A DNA stretch of 42,051 bases from Leptolyngbyaceae cyanobacterium (GTDB taxonomy: Bacteria > Cyanobacteriota > Cyanobacteriia > Phormidesmidales > Phormidesmidaceae): positions 1 to 42,051 of the forward strand of contig JBHJHA010000038.1 of assembly GCA_050331235.1 (NCBI GenBank). Reading direction: 5' to 3'. The translations under genes and the position numbers were made by a program. This document shows, piece after piece, positions 1 to 11,056 of the stretch; positions within the stretch are counted from its first letter, which is position 1, and every line of letters begins with the position of its first letter. Under the pieces are notes generated by a model, which saw nothing but the letters and a program-made list of their open reading frames with translations, was not told the origin of the DNA and did no database searches.

Positions 1-1
1 A

Positions 2-415
2 GGTTTTAGAGATGAAGTCTTCCAGAAAGAGTATTCGGAATTATGTTTAAATTTGCCTGTTTCTAATGGGATCTTAAAGAAAATCAGAAACAAATATCAT
101 CACTCAAGAGGTCTTGGAGTAAGTCTGAGGGATAAAGTTCATCTCACCAAAGATGGTGAAAATTGGATGAAATTCGTCGGTTTTGATAAGGACGAGTTGA
201 TCTCAATTATGCAAGGTGATGATGAAAGAGACTCAAGCTTTAACCAAATAGAACTTCATTGGCTTGAAAACTTTGCTCCCGATAATGTTGTCGACATCAA
301 AAAGCTTGTGGTAGATCACTATGATGCATACCGAATTTTTCTTAGAGAATACAATCATAGTTTTGCATCTTTAGTTAGACGAAAGACTGGTTGTGAATTC
401 CGACTATTCATTTAG
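2..415 (+). CDS. 3' part of an AT-rich hypothetical protein (starts upstream of the window)
   Basis: Frame is open from position 2 (GFRDEVFQKEYSELCLNLPVSNG...) to TAG at 413-415. AT-rich, no HIP1 site. Confidence 0.6.
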   Translation, partial: GFRDEVFQKEYSELCLNLPVSNGILKKIRNKYHHSRGLGVSLRDKVHLTKDGENWMKFVGFDKDELISIMQGDDERDSSFNQIELHWLENFAPDNVVDIKKLVVDHYDAYRIFLREYNHSFASLVRRKTGCEFRLFI

Positions 416-805
416 CCATGAAAAAGGGAGTTGGTAGTTGCTTTTTGGGAGTTGCTTAAAATTGAGTTCGGAGGTGTCACAACTTGAGCATTGAAACGCC
501 AGGAATTTAGTTGGCTGTTTGAATCGTTGCTTAAGAACGCAACTACTCACTTGAGAGTGTTGCTTTTTGGTTAACAGTGGCACGAGAGAATGAGGGTTTG
601 AGCTGTGTGCCAGTTGCTCTAAATAGGCCGGTTTTAGTCCAGTAGTGTAAGCTGACCCAATACTCAATTCGTATAAGTCCTGACCAAATCAAGCATGGAA
701 TGCTATCCAAATACTTGATGGCACAGCTAAAGCGACCCGCGATCGCCACGGTTCTTGCGTAAGTCCTGTTAGGGTTAAAGCGAGATCAGTTGACGGGAAA
801 CTACA

Positions 806-1099
806 ATGACCCTCTCTCAAGCCACCGAGATTACCATTGAGTCCAATCCTAGCCGCGATCGCCTCGCTGCCTTGGGCGTGTATGACTGGCCCATCTGGAC
901 CAAAGCTGTCTCGACCTTTCCCTGGACCTATGATGACGCCGAGACCTGTTACTTGTTGGCTGGTGAAGTCATCGTTACCCCAGAGGAGCGCACCCCCATA
1001 AAAATCGGAGCCGGTGACCTTGTGCGGTTTCCAGCAGGGATGAGCTGCACTTGGGAAATCCGTTCGGCTGTCGAAAAACACTACATATTTGGAGAGTAA
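806..1099 (+). CDS. Cupin domain protein (DUF861/Cupin_3-like)
   Basis: WPIW...FPWTYDDAETCYLLAGEVIVTP...IGAGDLVRFPAGMSCTWEI cupin motifs. Confidence 0.9.
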   Translation: MTLSQATEITIESNPSRDRLAALGVYDWPIWTKAVSTFPWTYDDAETCYLLAGEVIVTPEERTPIKIGAGDLVRFPAGMSCTWEIRSAVEKHYIFGE

Positions 1100-1163
1100 G
1101 TCACTGTCTGGAGACTGATTTACCCGCTAGTTACTCATTCCTCACACCCTGATTTAGCCCAAC

Positions 1164-1448
1164 ATGCGCTACCTGTTCCAAGGATATCGTCGCCTCCTGA
1201 CCCATCCCAAATACGGCATTTGGGTCCTGCTCGCTTCGGTTCTATATTTGATCAGCCCCATTGATATCTCTCCTGATTTGATCCCACTGCTGGGGCAAAT
1301 CGATGATGTGGCGCTGATCGTGCTGATGGCTACTGCAGCCAGCCAGTGGCTTAGTCAGCAGTTCCTGAGCGAGCAACCCCAAGATTCAGTCTCCCAAGAT
1401 GAATCTGTGCGGGAGACCGTCGATGTAAATGCGGTAGAGATTGAATAG
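1164..1448 (+). CDS. YkvA/DUF1232 family small membrane protein
   Basis: YLISPIDISPDLIPLLGQIDD signature. Confidence 0.9.
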   Translation: MRYLFQGYRRLLTHPKYGIWVLLASVLYLISPIDISPDLIPLLGQIDDVALIVLMATAASQWLSQQFLSEQPQDSVSQDESVRETVDVNAVEIE

Positions 1449-1477
1449 CCCGATTCAAGGGTTTTTGGGATAGCTGC

Positions 1478-3127
1478 TCAGCGCGCCAAGATATTGCAGC
1501 TAGCCAAGGGCTGTTTTTGCTGCATCAGACCGTACTCCAGTCCCTCTACTACCGCTTGATAGGAAGCTTCAATAATATTGCCCGAGACGCCAACGGTCGT
1601 CCATCGCTGCTGACCATCGCTAGATTCGATCAGCACACGCGTCTTAGCATCAGTTCCGGCCCGACCGTCTAAAATTCGCACTTTGTAATCGCTCAGGTGA
1701 AACTCCGCGATCGCCGGATAAAAATTGACCAGCGCTTTTCTCAGGGCTTTATCCAATGCCGAGACTGGGCCATTGCCCTCGGCAGCATCGAGGATCTCCT
1801 GATCATTAATCATGACTTTGACCGTTGCAAGCGATCGCGTCTTCCAGTGGATTTCTGACGGCAGGTTGTCGCAGTGGACTTGAAATCCGCGGAGCTCGAA
1901 AAAGCTAGGACGCTGGCCCAAGACCTCTCGCATCAACAGCTCAAAACTGGCTTCCGCCGCCTCAAATTGGTAACCCTTATGTTCTAGTTCCTTCAACCGA
2001 GTGAGCAACTGGCGAGAAGCGGCATCTTGCTTACTCAGTTCAATGCCAAAGGTGCGCGCCTTAGACAAAATGTTGCTGAGTCCAGCCTGATCTGACACCA
2101 CAATCCGCCGCTGATTGCCGATCGCCTCCGGTGTGATGTGTTCGTAGGTTTTGGGATTTTTTTCCACAGCGCTAACGTGGATACCGCCCTTGTGGGCAAA
2201 GGCGGAGAGGCCCACAAAGGGCGCATGATCATCAGGGGCCAAATTAGCCAGTTCGCTAATAAAGCGACTGGTGCTCGTGAGTGACTGCAAACGCTCCGTC
2301 GGGAGGCAGGTTTGCCCGAGCTTGAGCTGTAAGTTAGGAATCACTGAGCACAGATTGGCATTGCCACAGCGCTCGCCATAGCCATTGATTGTGCCCTGCA
2401 CCATTCGAGCTCCCTGCTGTACCGCTGCGATCGCGTTGGCCACGGCCATATCCGAGTCGTTGTGGGTGTGGATGCCGATTTGGGGCAGGGCGGCAATATC
2501 GACCGCCGGAGATTGGGTAGATAACCAAGTGTTGACGGCGGCAACTATCTGCCCAATCTCATGGGGTAGGGTGCCGCCATTGGTGTCACAGAGCACCAGC
2601 CACTCGGCCCCTGCCTGTAGTGCACTTTCTAAGGTTTGCAGGGCGTAGTCAGGGTTGGCCTTATAGCCGTCAAACCAGTGCTCAGCATCGTAAATAATGC
2701 GCCGTCCCTGCGATCGCAAAAACGCGATCGTTTCGCCAATCATGGCTAGGTTTTCAGCCAGGGTGGTCTGCAACCCATCTACGACATGAAGGTCCCAAGA
2801 CTTGCCAAACAAGGTTACCCAGTGGGTTCCCGCCGCCAGGATGGCCTGTAGCATGGAGTCTGTGTCGGCCGCTTTGCCCGGACGTCGAGTCGAGCAAAAT
2901 GCCACCACCTCAGCCTGTTGTAGGGGCACTTCTTTGAGCTGCCAAAAGAATTGCACATCCTTAGGATTGGCCCCAGGCCACCCCCCTTCGATAAAAGGGA
3001 CTCCCAGCTCATCTAGCTTATGGGCAATGCGCAGCTTGTCTTCAATGGACAACGAGAGCCCTTCGCGCTGAGCGCCATCGCGCAGCGTGGTGTCATAAAT
3101 CCAAACTTGGGGAAAAGCACCGGACAT
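1478..3127 (-). CDS. cimA: Citramalate synthase (alpha-IPM synthase family)
   Basis: YDTTLRDGAQREG, IEGGWPGANPKD, DAEHWFDG, HTHND, GYGERCGNANL, AHKGGIH motifs; C-terminal regulatory domain. Confidence 0.93.
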   Translation of the reverse strand: MSGAFPQVWIYDTTLRDGAQREGLSLSIEDKLRIAHKLDELGVPFIEGGWPGANPKDVQFFWQLKEVPLQQAEVVAFCSTRRPGKAADTDSMLQAILAAGTHWVTLFGKSWDLHVVDGLQTTLAENLAMIGETIAFLRSQGRRIIYDAEHWFDGYKANPDYALQTLESALQAGAEWLVLCDTNGGTLPHEIGQIVAAVNTWLSTQSPAVDIAALPQIGIHTHNDSDMAVANAIAAVQQGARMVQGTINGYGERCGNANLCSVIPNLQLKLGQTCLPTERLQSLTSTSRFISELANLAPDDHAPFVGLSAFAHKGGIHVSAVEKNPKTYEHITPEAIGNQRRIVVSDQAGLSNILSKARTFGIELSKQDAASRQLLTRLKELEHKGYQFEAAEASFELLMREVLGQRPSFFELRGFQVHCDNLPSEIHWKTRSLATVKVMINDQEILDAAEGNGPVSALDKALRKALVNFYPAIAEFHLSDYKVRILDGRAGTDAKTRVLIESSDGQQRWTTVGVSGNIIEASYQAVVEGLEYGLMQQKQPLASCNILAR

Positions 3128-3535
3128 AAGCTAAATCGTCGACTTCAAAGTGAAACGGCAAAATTTGCGATCAGTGGCTCAGCGGCCTAGGGGCAAGGTT
3201 GGTTGAACGGATGGAGCTGGAAGCGTGACTGGCAGCCAAGTCATGCTTCCAGCCGGGTTCTCCAGCCCGCGGCAGTCTTGGTTGAAATTTGCTTCTCGTC
3301 ATGGGTTGCCAGCATGAAATTAGCAAAAGCACTGACAAGGTCATCTTATCGGCTGTGTCAGCCGTCTCAAAAAACATTATTGAAAGGTAAATATTTGCGG
3401 TTTGGCGATCGCTAAGGGGGCCGACGCCCTCTGGCTCCCCGCGATCACGGCTGCCGCTGCGCACTCGTTGACTTTTTGGCACAATCCAAGCAGAAGCTTT
3501 GCTGCCGTGTGCACAGATTATGAGGAGCCTCGACT

Positions 3536-3877
3536 ATGCCCAAGATTACCGCCCAGGGAAAAAACTTTGACTGTGAAGCAGGAGCCGATCTGCGCCAAGC
3601 ATTGCTAAAGCATGACGTGGACTTCTATAACGGTCAAGCCCAACTGATTAACTGTCGTGGCATCGGTACCTGTGGCACCTGCGCCGTTCATGTCGAAGGG
3701 AAGGTGTCGGCGGCCAATTGGCGCGATCGCGCCCGGCGATCGTTACCGCCCCATGAGCTGCAACGCGATCGCCGCCTCGCCTGCCAAACTAAAGTCTTAG
3801 GTGATATTCGGGTGACTAAGTACAGCGGATTTTGGGGGCAGGAGGCGAATCCCGTCTGGACGCCAGAGCAAGCGTGA
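3536..3877 (+). CDS. 2Fe-2S ferredoxin-like protein
   Basis: NCRGIGTCGTC...RLACQ cysteine pattern; GAGGAG RBS upstream. Confidence 0.9.
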   Translation: MPKITAQGKNFDCEAGADLRQALLKHDVDFYNGQAQLINCRGIGTCGTCAVHVEGKVSAANWRDRARRSLPPHELQRDRRLACQTKVLGDIRVTKYSGFWGQEANPVWTPEQA

Positions 3878-3947
3878 TTAATCAGTAAATTCGCACTATT
3901 ATGAATATATGCCGTATTTAGGGCCATGACAGAGAGGACTGCTGACG

Positions 3948-4340
3948 ATGAACCGATATCTATTAGGCCTATTACTTGCGGGTATCGCAGTCATGACCGC
4001 CTTAGGCATTGAAAATAGTCAAGATTTCTTGCGTCAGGCGACCGACGCCTCCCGAGAGAGCATTTCGGCAACGCCGTCATCGGCAGCTGAGCGAACCGGC
4101 ATCGAGAGTGCAGGCCAAAATGTCACTCGACAAACCTCTGATGAAGGGATGGCGCGAGTGGACTCTGCCCCAAACACTGTGAATTCGACGACCTCATCCG
4201 CTCAGACAACAGATACAACTAGGTCCGCTGGGTCAACCGAGACAGCTACGCCACCGGTCGAGCCAGCAACGGCTTCCCAGCCAGCCACCATTCCGGCCAC
4301 GCCAGCCACTGACCAAGAGGCCATTCCGGCTCTGTGGTAG
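3948..4340 (+). CDS. Hypothetical exported or membrane-anchored protein, Ser/Thr/Ala/Pro-rich, ending in IPALW
   Basis: N-terminal hydrophobic segment, low-complexity body, GAGAGGA RBS. Confidence 0.75.
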   Translation: MNRYLLGLLLAGIAVMTALGIENSQDFLRQATDASRESISATPSSAAERTGIESAGQNVTRQTSDEGMARVDSAPNTVNSTTSSAQTTDTTRSAGSTETATPPVEPATASQPATIPATPATDQEAIPALW

Positions 4341-4483
4341 CGCGCCTGAAGTCTTTTGGACAACCAGATTTGTCCTGCGCTGAACATCTTGATAGCTCAA
4401 GCCTTCGGATCTGCCCCTGCAATGGCTCGGGTCGTTTAGGATCGATGAGTCGTTAACTTGCGCTGAGGTGAGTAAACCGGATA

Positions 4484-6445
4484 ATGGGGTCTCCAGACAT
4501 CCTGATTATTGGTGGCGGCGCCATTGGACTTGCGATCGCCCTTAAACTACGGCAGGCGGGGCTGGTCGTAACTGTCCTGAGCCGCAATTTTGCTGAGGCG
4601 GCGAGTCATGTAGCGGCGGGGATGTTGGCCCCCGGTGCTGAGGATCTTCAACCCGGCCCACTTTTGAATCTGTGTCGCCAAAGTTTAGAAAGATATCCCG
4701 ACTGGGTGCAAAAGCTCGAAACCCTCACCAGCCAAAACATTGGTTACTGGCCAAGCGGTATCTTAGCACCGCGATACCAGTGTCCCGAGGACACCCATGA
4801 TCGCCCTCACACCGTCGGCAAGTGGATCGAAGCGTCGGCATTGGGGAATTACCAGGCGGGGCTACCACCCACATTGGCTGGCGCTTGGTGGTTTTCCGAA
4901 GAAGGACAAGTCGACCCGCGATCGCTATCCCAAGCATTGCTGACAGCAGCCCAGGATGCGGGGGTCAATATTCAAGAGGGCGTCACCGTCCATGGCTTAG
5001 TCCATCAGGGGGGCCACGTTCAACAGGTACAAACCAGCGCTGGTAACTGGCAGGCCGATCACTATGTGCTGGCCACTGGGGCATGGTCTAATGAGCTACT
5101 GCCCATTCCCGTACGACCGCTCAAGGGGCAGATGGCGGCGGTGCAGGTGCCTTCCCACCATGGGCAGTTACAACCACTGCAGCGAGTGCTATTTGGCGAA
5201 GACAAAATCTACATCGTTCCGCGGCGCAACGGTCGGATTGTCCTTGGTGCAACCAGTGAAGCCGTTGGCTTTACACCAGGCATCACGGCGGGGGGAATGG
5301 CTCATCTGTTTCACCGTGCGATCTCACTTTACCCCGCGCTCAGGGACTTTCCCGTCCAAGAAACTTGGTGGGGCTTTCGCCCGGTCACCCCGGATGCAGC
5401 CCCCATCCTCGGGCCCAGCGCCTATGAAAATTTGACGCTAGCGACGGGGCATCATCGCAACGGCATTTTGCTGATGCCGATTACCGCAGAAATTGTGTCA
5501 GACTACATTCTGCAGCGGCAGTCACCCTTCCTTTCCGCCTTCTCTTGGGAGCGGTTTGAGTCCACGTCTTCATCACCCGTTCTTTTACCAGCACAACCTA
5601 TGGTGAGCTTATCTAGTCCCGTTACGTCCAATTCCGTGCAGCCGACGCCACGGGATACGCCTCTCGTCATTGCTGGACGGCAGTTTCAATCTCGCCTCAT
5701 GACGGGCACTGGCAAGTATCGCGATTTTGCTACGATGCAGCAGGCGATCGCCGCGAGCGGGTGCGAAATTGTCACCGTGGCCGTGCGCCGGGTGCAGACG
5801 AATGCTCCGGGTCACGAGGGCTTAGCGGAAGCGCTAGACTGGTCGCGCATTTGGATGTTGCCTAACACCGCTGGTTGCAAAACTGCAGAAGAGGCCATCC
5901 GGGTGGCTCGCCTCGGCCGCGAGATGGCCAAGCTCCTGGGCCAAGAAGATAATAACTTCGTCAAGCTAGAAGTCATTCCCGATGCTAAGAATCTGCTGCC
6001 CGACCCCATTGGTACGCTAGAAGCGGCGGAACAGTTAGTTAAAGAGGGCTTTGCGGTATTGCCCTACATCAATGCCGATCCCATTTTGGCGCAGCGTTTA
6101 GAAGCTGTAGGTTGTGCCACGGTGATGCCCCTGGGGTCTCCCATCGGCTCCGGTCAGGGAATTCGCAATGCCGCCAACATTCAAATCATCATTGAAAATG
6201 CCAATATCCCGGTGGTGGTGGATGCAGGCATTGGGACCCCGAGCGAAGCCGCGATGTCCATGGAGTTAGGCGCTGATGCCCTATTGATCAACACGGCGAT
6301 CGCTAAGGCCCAAAACCCTATTCTGATGGGGCAGGCCATGGGCATGGCCACCGTCGCGGGGCGTCTGGCTTACCACTCTGGCCGCATTCCGGTCAAAGTC
6401 GCCGCTGCTGCCAGCTCTCCCTTGACCGGCCGGATTACTGATTAA
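4484..6445 (+). CDS. thiG: Fused glycine oxidase ThiO / thiazole synthase ThiG
   Basis: N-half: GGGAIG FAD motif, [20 protein letters not shown] (ThiO). C-half: [43 protein letters not shown] (ThiG). Confidence 0.95.
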   Translation: MGSPDILIIGGGAIGLAIALKLRQAGLVVTVLSRNFAEAASHVAAGMLAPGAEDLQPGPLLNLCRQSLERYPDWVQKLETLTSQNIGYWPSGILAPRYQCPEDTHDRPHTVGKWIEASALGNYQAGLPPTLAGAWWFSEEGQVDPRSLSQALLTAAQDAGVNIQEGVTVHGLVHQGGHVQQVQTSAGNWQADHYVLATGAWSNELLPIPVRPLKGQMAAVQVPSHHGQLQPLQRVLFGEDKIYIVPRRNGRIVLGATSEAVGFTPGITAGGMAHLFHRAISLYPALRDFPVQETWWGFRPVTPDAAPILGPSAYENLTLATGHHRNGILLMPITAEIVSDYILQRQSPFLSAFSWERFESTSSSPVLLPAQPMVSLSSPVTSNSVQPTPRDTPLVIAGRQFQSRLMTGTGKYRDFATMQQAIAASGCEIVTVAVRRVQTNAPGHEGLAEALDWSRIWMLPNTAGCKTAEEAIRVARLGREMAKLLGQEDNNFVKLEVIPDAKNLLPDPIGTLEAAEQLVKEGFAVLPYINADPILAQRLEAVGCATVMPLGSPIGSGQGIRNAANIQIIIENANIPVVVDAGIGTPSEAAMSMELGADALLINTAIAKAQNPILMGQAMGMATVAGRLAYHSGRIPVKVAAAASSPLTGRITD

Positions 6446-6492
6446 CCTTATCGAGTCGGCATCCCTGGCAACGTAGCTGGTTAAAGGGCGGT

Positions 6493-6915
6493 TTAAGTGA
6501 GGGAACGATAGCGCCGCCGCTGAATGGCAAAATATCGATTCAGCGCAGTGCTGTTGAGCAAAAAAACAATAATGCTGATGCTGAGGACGATGAGTAACAG
6601 GCTGCCTGCAATAAGCAACAATGACAGCTCCGATCCTAGTAAGAAAAATAGAGATAGCAGGGCAAAGACCAAGAGCCCTAACAGGGTAATTAGCACCCAT
6701 TTTGCCCAACGTCGGCCGCGCACGACAAAGAACATCACCATGATGATGAATGAGAGGCGACCGATCGCCCAGATATCTGCAGACAAAAAAACGAGGATCG
6801 CATCCAGCAGACAAAATTCAACGAACAGGCTCAGCAGGATATTACGGGCGCGGAGAGCATCAGAGTCAGGCGGGTTCATCGTCTTAGCTAGGGAAGTTCT
6901 TGAATCATTCTGCAA
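6493..6915 (-). CDS. Hypothetical multi-pass membrane protein (about 4 TM); start may be the ATG at 6879
   Basis: Hydrophobic helices with a GRRWAKW loop and a basic C-terminus. Confidence 0.7.
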   Translation of the reverse strand: MQNDSRTSLAKTMNPPDSDALRARNILLSLFVEFCLLDAILVFLSADIWAIGRLSFIIMVMFFVVRGRRWAKWVLITLLGLLVFALLSLFFLLGSELSLLLIAGSLLLIVLSISIIVFLLNSTALNRYFAIQRRRYRSLT

Positions 6916-7142
6916 TATACATCACGATTCCTCGGCCCCTAGCCAGTAGGTTAGTGAACTTCACGATTAACAACGAGGGCAGCAATGATGCTGACATGCC
7001 AGTCTCTCAAAAGTGCCGCGTCGGGAATTAGCGATCGTATCGGACGGGGCGTTGAAACATAGGCTAATCCCGCGCCTAGCATGACACTCATGGTTAATCC
7101 CAATATGACTATAGTCCGATTCATCACGCGCTGTCACAGCAC

Positions 7143-9929
7143 CTAGCCAACCTCTTGCGAAGTTTTCACCTGGGGCTGAGCCTGCGGTTGGAACTGGAAG
7201 AGCGTGTACACCACATTCCGGCGGATGCCCGTCATCATGTCGAGGAAAACCTCATAGCCTTCGCTCTTATACTCAATCAGCGGATCCTTTTGTCCGTAGC
7301 CTCGGAGTCCCACCGTTTCCCGCAGCGCATCCATCTGCTGCAGATGCTCCCGCCAGAGGGTATCAATTTGCTGGAGAATAAAGAAACGCTCAGCCTCCCG
7401 CATCAGACCCGGTTTCATCTGATCAACTTGGGCTTCTTTCATGTCGTAGGCGGTCCGCACCTGCTCATGCAAGAAAGTCTTGATCTCACCGACTGAGAGG
7501 TCTTCGAGCTGCTCTGGTTCCAGGTCGGAGAGCAGATAGACAAACTCCTTCACCTTTTCCACCATTTCCGGCAGCTTCCACTCTTCAGGCGGTAGTTCAG
7601 GGTTGATGTAAGCCTCTACGATGTCATCCATCGTACGCATGGCGTAGGTAATCACCAATTCCTTCAAATCTTGTCCCTCAAGGACACGCCGCCGTTCAGC
7701 ATAAATGGCTCGCCGTTGGTTATTCATCACCTCGTCGTATTCAAAGACCTGCTTCCGGATGTCGTAGTAGTAAGTCTCGACTTTTTTCTGAGCCCCTTCC
7801 AGGGAACGAGTCAGCATGCCGGATTCGATAGGCATGTCCTCTTCTACACGGAACATATTCATCAGGCCAGCCACGCGATCGCCCCCAAAGATCCGCAGTA
7901 AGTTGTCTTCCAAGCTAAGGAAGAAGCGGGTGGAGCCGGGGTCGCCTTGGCGGCCAGCCCGACCACGCAGTTGGTTATCAACCCGGCGGGACTCGTGACG
8001 TTCAGTACCGATAACGTGCAGACCGCCCGCCTCAATTACTTTGTCGTGCTCGGCTTCGGTATACGCCTCATATTCTTCAAGGATACGCTTGTAGGCTTCC
8101 CGTAGCTTTTGAATAACGGGGTCTTCGGTCGGCGCTTTCTCAGCCGCAACGGCAACTTTGTCTTCCGCTTCGAGCTCGGGCAACGCGCGATCGCCATAGG
8201 TCTCAACGGCAAAGTCAACTGTCTCTTTCAAAAAATCATGGGTTTCCCCCGACAACTCCGTCGGGAAGATGTCTGGAGAAGCCTTCCAGGTTTTGACCTT
8301 CTTTTTGCCATCGCCAAAGCCTTGGGACTTGCTGCGGCCCTGGGCCCCTGGCACGGACACCATCATGTCGTCATCCTCGGGCTTGACGATACGCGGCATT
8401 AAGTATTCCCGCAGCTTCAGGCGGGCCATGTAGTCGGCATTACCGCCTAGGATAATGTCCGTCCCGCGACCGGCCATATTGGTAGCGATCGTCACGGCCC
8501 CGCTCCGTCCGGCCTGGGCAACAATTTCCGCCTCTCGCTCCACATTTTCCGGCTTCGCATTGAGAAGATTATGGGGAATCTCACGCTCAGCCAAGAGGGC
8601 GGACAATAGCTCGGATTTCTCAACGCTAGTAGTACCGACCAAGACGGGGCGTCCAGTTTTGTGCATTTCATCACACTCAGAGGCCACCGCTTTCCACTTC
8701 GCCATCTCAGTCTTGTACACCACGTCGGGCAGGTCACGACGCTGAGAAGGTCGGTTAGTTTCAATAACCGTGACTTCGAGATCGTAGATTTTCTCAAATT
8801 CAGCTTCTTCAGTCTTCGCCGTACCCGTCATTCCCGACAGTTTGGGATACAACAAGAAGAAGTTTTGATAGGTAATGCTGGCTAGGGTTTGAGTCTCGGG
8901 CTGGATCTCGACGTGCTCTTTAGCTTCGATCGCTTGGTGCAGACCATCGCTCCAGCGGCGACCCGGCATCACTCGGCCAGTAAACTCATCGACAATGACC
9001 ACTTCGCCATTGCGCACGATGTAGTTCACATCTTTTACAAACAGTTCTTTAGCCTTGACTGCATTGAAGATGTAATGGGCCCAGGGATCCTTTGGGTCAA
9101 ACAGATCCTGGACGCCTAAGAGATCCTCCGCCAAAATGAACCCCTCATCTGTGGGAAGGACGTTGCGGGCTTTTTCATCCACTTCATAATGGTCTTCGGG
9201 GTTAAGCTGCTCGGCCACCTGAGCCGCCTTAGTGTATTTTTCCCCTGGACGCTCCACTTGCCCTGAAATGATGAGCGGCGTTCGCGCTTCATCCACCAAA
9301 ATGGAGTCCACCTCGTCAATCACGCAGAAATTGAAGGGGCGCTGTACCACATCTTCAATTGCCGTCGCCATATTGTCGCGAAGATAGTCAAAACCAAACT
9401 CGCTGTTGGTACCGTAGGTAATGTCGCAGGCGTAGTTCTTTTTGCGCTCTGAGGGGCTCATCCCCTGCTGAATCAAGCCCACTTCCAACCCGAGGAAACG
9501 GTGGATTTGACCCATCCACTCAGCGTCTCGTCGCGCTAGGTAGTCGTTAACCGTAACTACGTGAGCGCCTTTGCCAGTCAGAGCATTGAGGTAGGTCGGC
9601 AGCGTCGCTACCAGGGTTTTACCTTCCCCGGTCTTCATCTCTGCGATCTGCCCTTCGTGGAGCACCATACCGCCAATGAGCTGTACATCAAAGTGCCGCA
9701 TGCCCAAAACGCGACGGGAGGCTTCCCGAACAACGGCAAAGGCTTCCGTCAGCAAATCATCTAAGGACTCCCCCTGTTCTAAGCGCTGCTTAAACTCGCC
9801 GGTCTTAGCTGCCAGCTCCTCGTCTGATAACGGCTGGATTTCTTCTTCCAGCAGATTAATTTCCACTACATCTGGTTTGTAGCGCTTGAGTTTGCGAGCG
9901 TTTGGATCACCAAGCAGAGCTTTGAGCAT
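7143..9929 (-). CDS. secA: Preprotein translocase subunit SecA
   Basis: [10 protein letters not shown] start, [50 protein letters not shown]; cyanobacterial-type insertion. Confidence 0.98.
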   Translation of the reverse strand: MLKALLGDPNARKLKRYKPDVVEINLLEEEIQPLSDEELAAKTGEFKQRLEQGESLDDLLTEAFAVVREASRRVLGMRHFDVQLIGGMVLHEGQIAEMKTGEGKTLVATLPTYLNALTGKGAHVVTVNDYLARRDAEWMGQIHRFLGLEVGLIQQGMSPSERKKNYACDITYGTNSEFGFDYLRDNMATAIEDVVQRPFNFCVIDEVDSILVDEARTPLIISGQVERPGEKYTKAAQVAEQLNPEDHYEVDEKARNVLPTDEGFILAEDLLGVQDLFDPKDPWAHYIFNAVKAKELFVKDVNYIVRNGEVVIVDEFTGRVMPGRRWSDGLHQAIEAKEHVEIQPETQTLASITYQNFFLLYPKLSGMTGTAKTEEAEFEKIYDLEVTVIETNRPSQRRDLPDVVYKTEMAKWKAVASECDEMHKTGRPVLVGTTSVEKSELLSALLAEREIPHNLLNAKPENVEREAEIVAQAGRSGAVTIATNMAGRGTDIILGGNADYMARLKLREYLMPRIVKPEDDDMMVSVPGAQGRSKSQGFGDGKKKVKTWKASPDIFPTELSGETHDFLKETVDFAVETYGDRALPELEAEDKVAVAAEKAPTEDPVIQKLREAYKRILEEYEAYTEAEHDKVIEAGGLHVIGTERHESRRVDNQLRGRAGRQGDPGSTRFFLSLEDNLLRIFGGDRVAGLMNMFRVEEDMPIESGMLTRSLEGAQKKVETYYYDIRKQVFEYDEVMNNQRRAIYAERRRVLEGQDLKELVITYAMRTMDDIVEAYINPELPPEEWKLPEMVEKVKEFVYLLSDLEPEQLEDLSVGEIKTFLHEQVRTAYDMKEAQVDQMKPGLMREAERFFILQQIDTLWREHLQQMDALRETVGLRGYGQKDPLIEYKSEGYEVFLDMMTGIRRNVVYTLFQFQPQAQPQVKTSQEVG

Positions 9930-10472
9930 ATGTCCGGAGACGATGAAATGACAGACCTTAAGTAAAACGAAATTGTGAGCGCTTAACAAGGGGCGATCGC
10001 CGCACCTCATCACCTCAAAACTTCTTTTTATATTCTATCGATCCTACCACCTGAGTTTAAAGATGAGAAAACAGTGACTTTTGCGCGCAATCTTTATAGT
10101 TTTTAACAAGATTCCATGCTTAGAATGATCACGACTGAAATTATTGGCCTCAACAGTCTCAAACGGTTATGCCCTTAGCCTCTTTATCTACAGAGAGCAG
10201 CCTCGCGCATCAAGCCATGGTCTGGCCACGTCTCTACGCGCTCTCAGTCAACTTGGCGACCCATGCTCTGACGCGAATGAAAGCTCAGCGTCAGGCTGGT
10301 GGACGACGACAGTGGTGTCGTGATTAGTTCTTGAAACTTCGCCCCAGCATTTCACAGATTTTATGGTTTGCAGTTGCCCCTGGCAGCTTTTAAGCATTCG
10401 GCTATCGCCGTACGTCTCTGCTGGAAGCTATCTGCAGATTATCCACTGTCACTACTTTTTGGCTTTAAAAAC

Positions 10473-10946
10473 ATGGACTGTAGCCACATTCAATTTCAAT
10501 ACACCGACGCCCTCAATATCGTTCAGCTTGAGCAACTGATGGATTTATTCCAGGCTGCGGCCTTTTGGGCCAGCGATCGCACCGCTGAGGATATGGCCCT
10601 GGCGATCGCCCACAGTCATCCGGTGGTAACGGTTTGGGATCGAGGCGATTTGATAGGGTTTGCGCGGGCAACCTCTGACGGGGTCTACCGCGCCACCATT
10701 TGGGATGTTGTCATTCACCCGGACTATCAGGGGGCCGGCTTGGGACGTAAACTCGTACAAACCGTACTCGGCCATCCCATCATGAGCCGTATTGAGCGAG
10801 TTTATCTGATGACCACCAATCAGCAGGCGTTCTATAAACGTATCGGATTTCAAGAAAATCAAACAACGACAATGGTGCTATTCCATCAAGAGATTGAGCC
10901 TATTCCCACCCTTGCCACTAACGAACGAGAGCAGGCGCCACAGTAA
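10473..10946 (+). CDS. GNAT N-acetyltransferase (Ycf52-like)
   Basis: MDCSHIQF start; LIGFARATSDGVYRATIWDVVIHPDYQGAGLGRKL. Confidence 0.9.
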   Translation: MDCSHIQFQYTDALNIVQLEQLMDLFQAAAFWASDRTAEDMALAIAHSHPVVTVWDRGDLIGFARATSDGVYRATIWDVVIHPDYQGAGLGRKLVQTVLGHPIMSRIERVYLMTTNQQAFYKRIGFQENQTTTMVLFHQEIEPIPTLATNEREQAPQ

Positions 10947-11056
10947 ACCCCAGGGTCGCTACTAGGCCTTAGGTGTTGGCGTTCTCAAACCCACTGCATC
11001 GGAGCTGTTAAAGTCTGGTGCAGCCGGGCCTCATCTATTGATAGAGACCACAGCAT

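Noticed and set aside
430..625. GTTGC repeats as a degenerate CRISPR array
   Set aside because: Shared sequence is at most 12 bp, spacing is irregular, and no cas gene is in the window.
1137..1147. ATTCCTCACAC, close to the Yfr1 core ACTCCTCACAC
   Set aside because: One mismatch, no flanking hairpin or terminator, and it lies in the ykvA-like 5' region.
3171..3302. 43-aa upstream ORF before cimA as an attenuator leader
   Set aside because: No Ile/Leu/Val run and no terminator hairpin.
4300..4484. TPP riboswitch before thiO-thiG
   Set aside because: Only a GCTGAG fragment is present; the TPP core is not recognisable.
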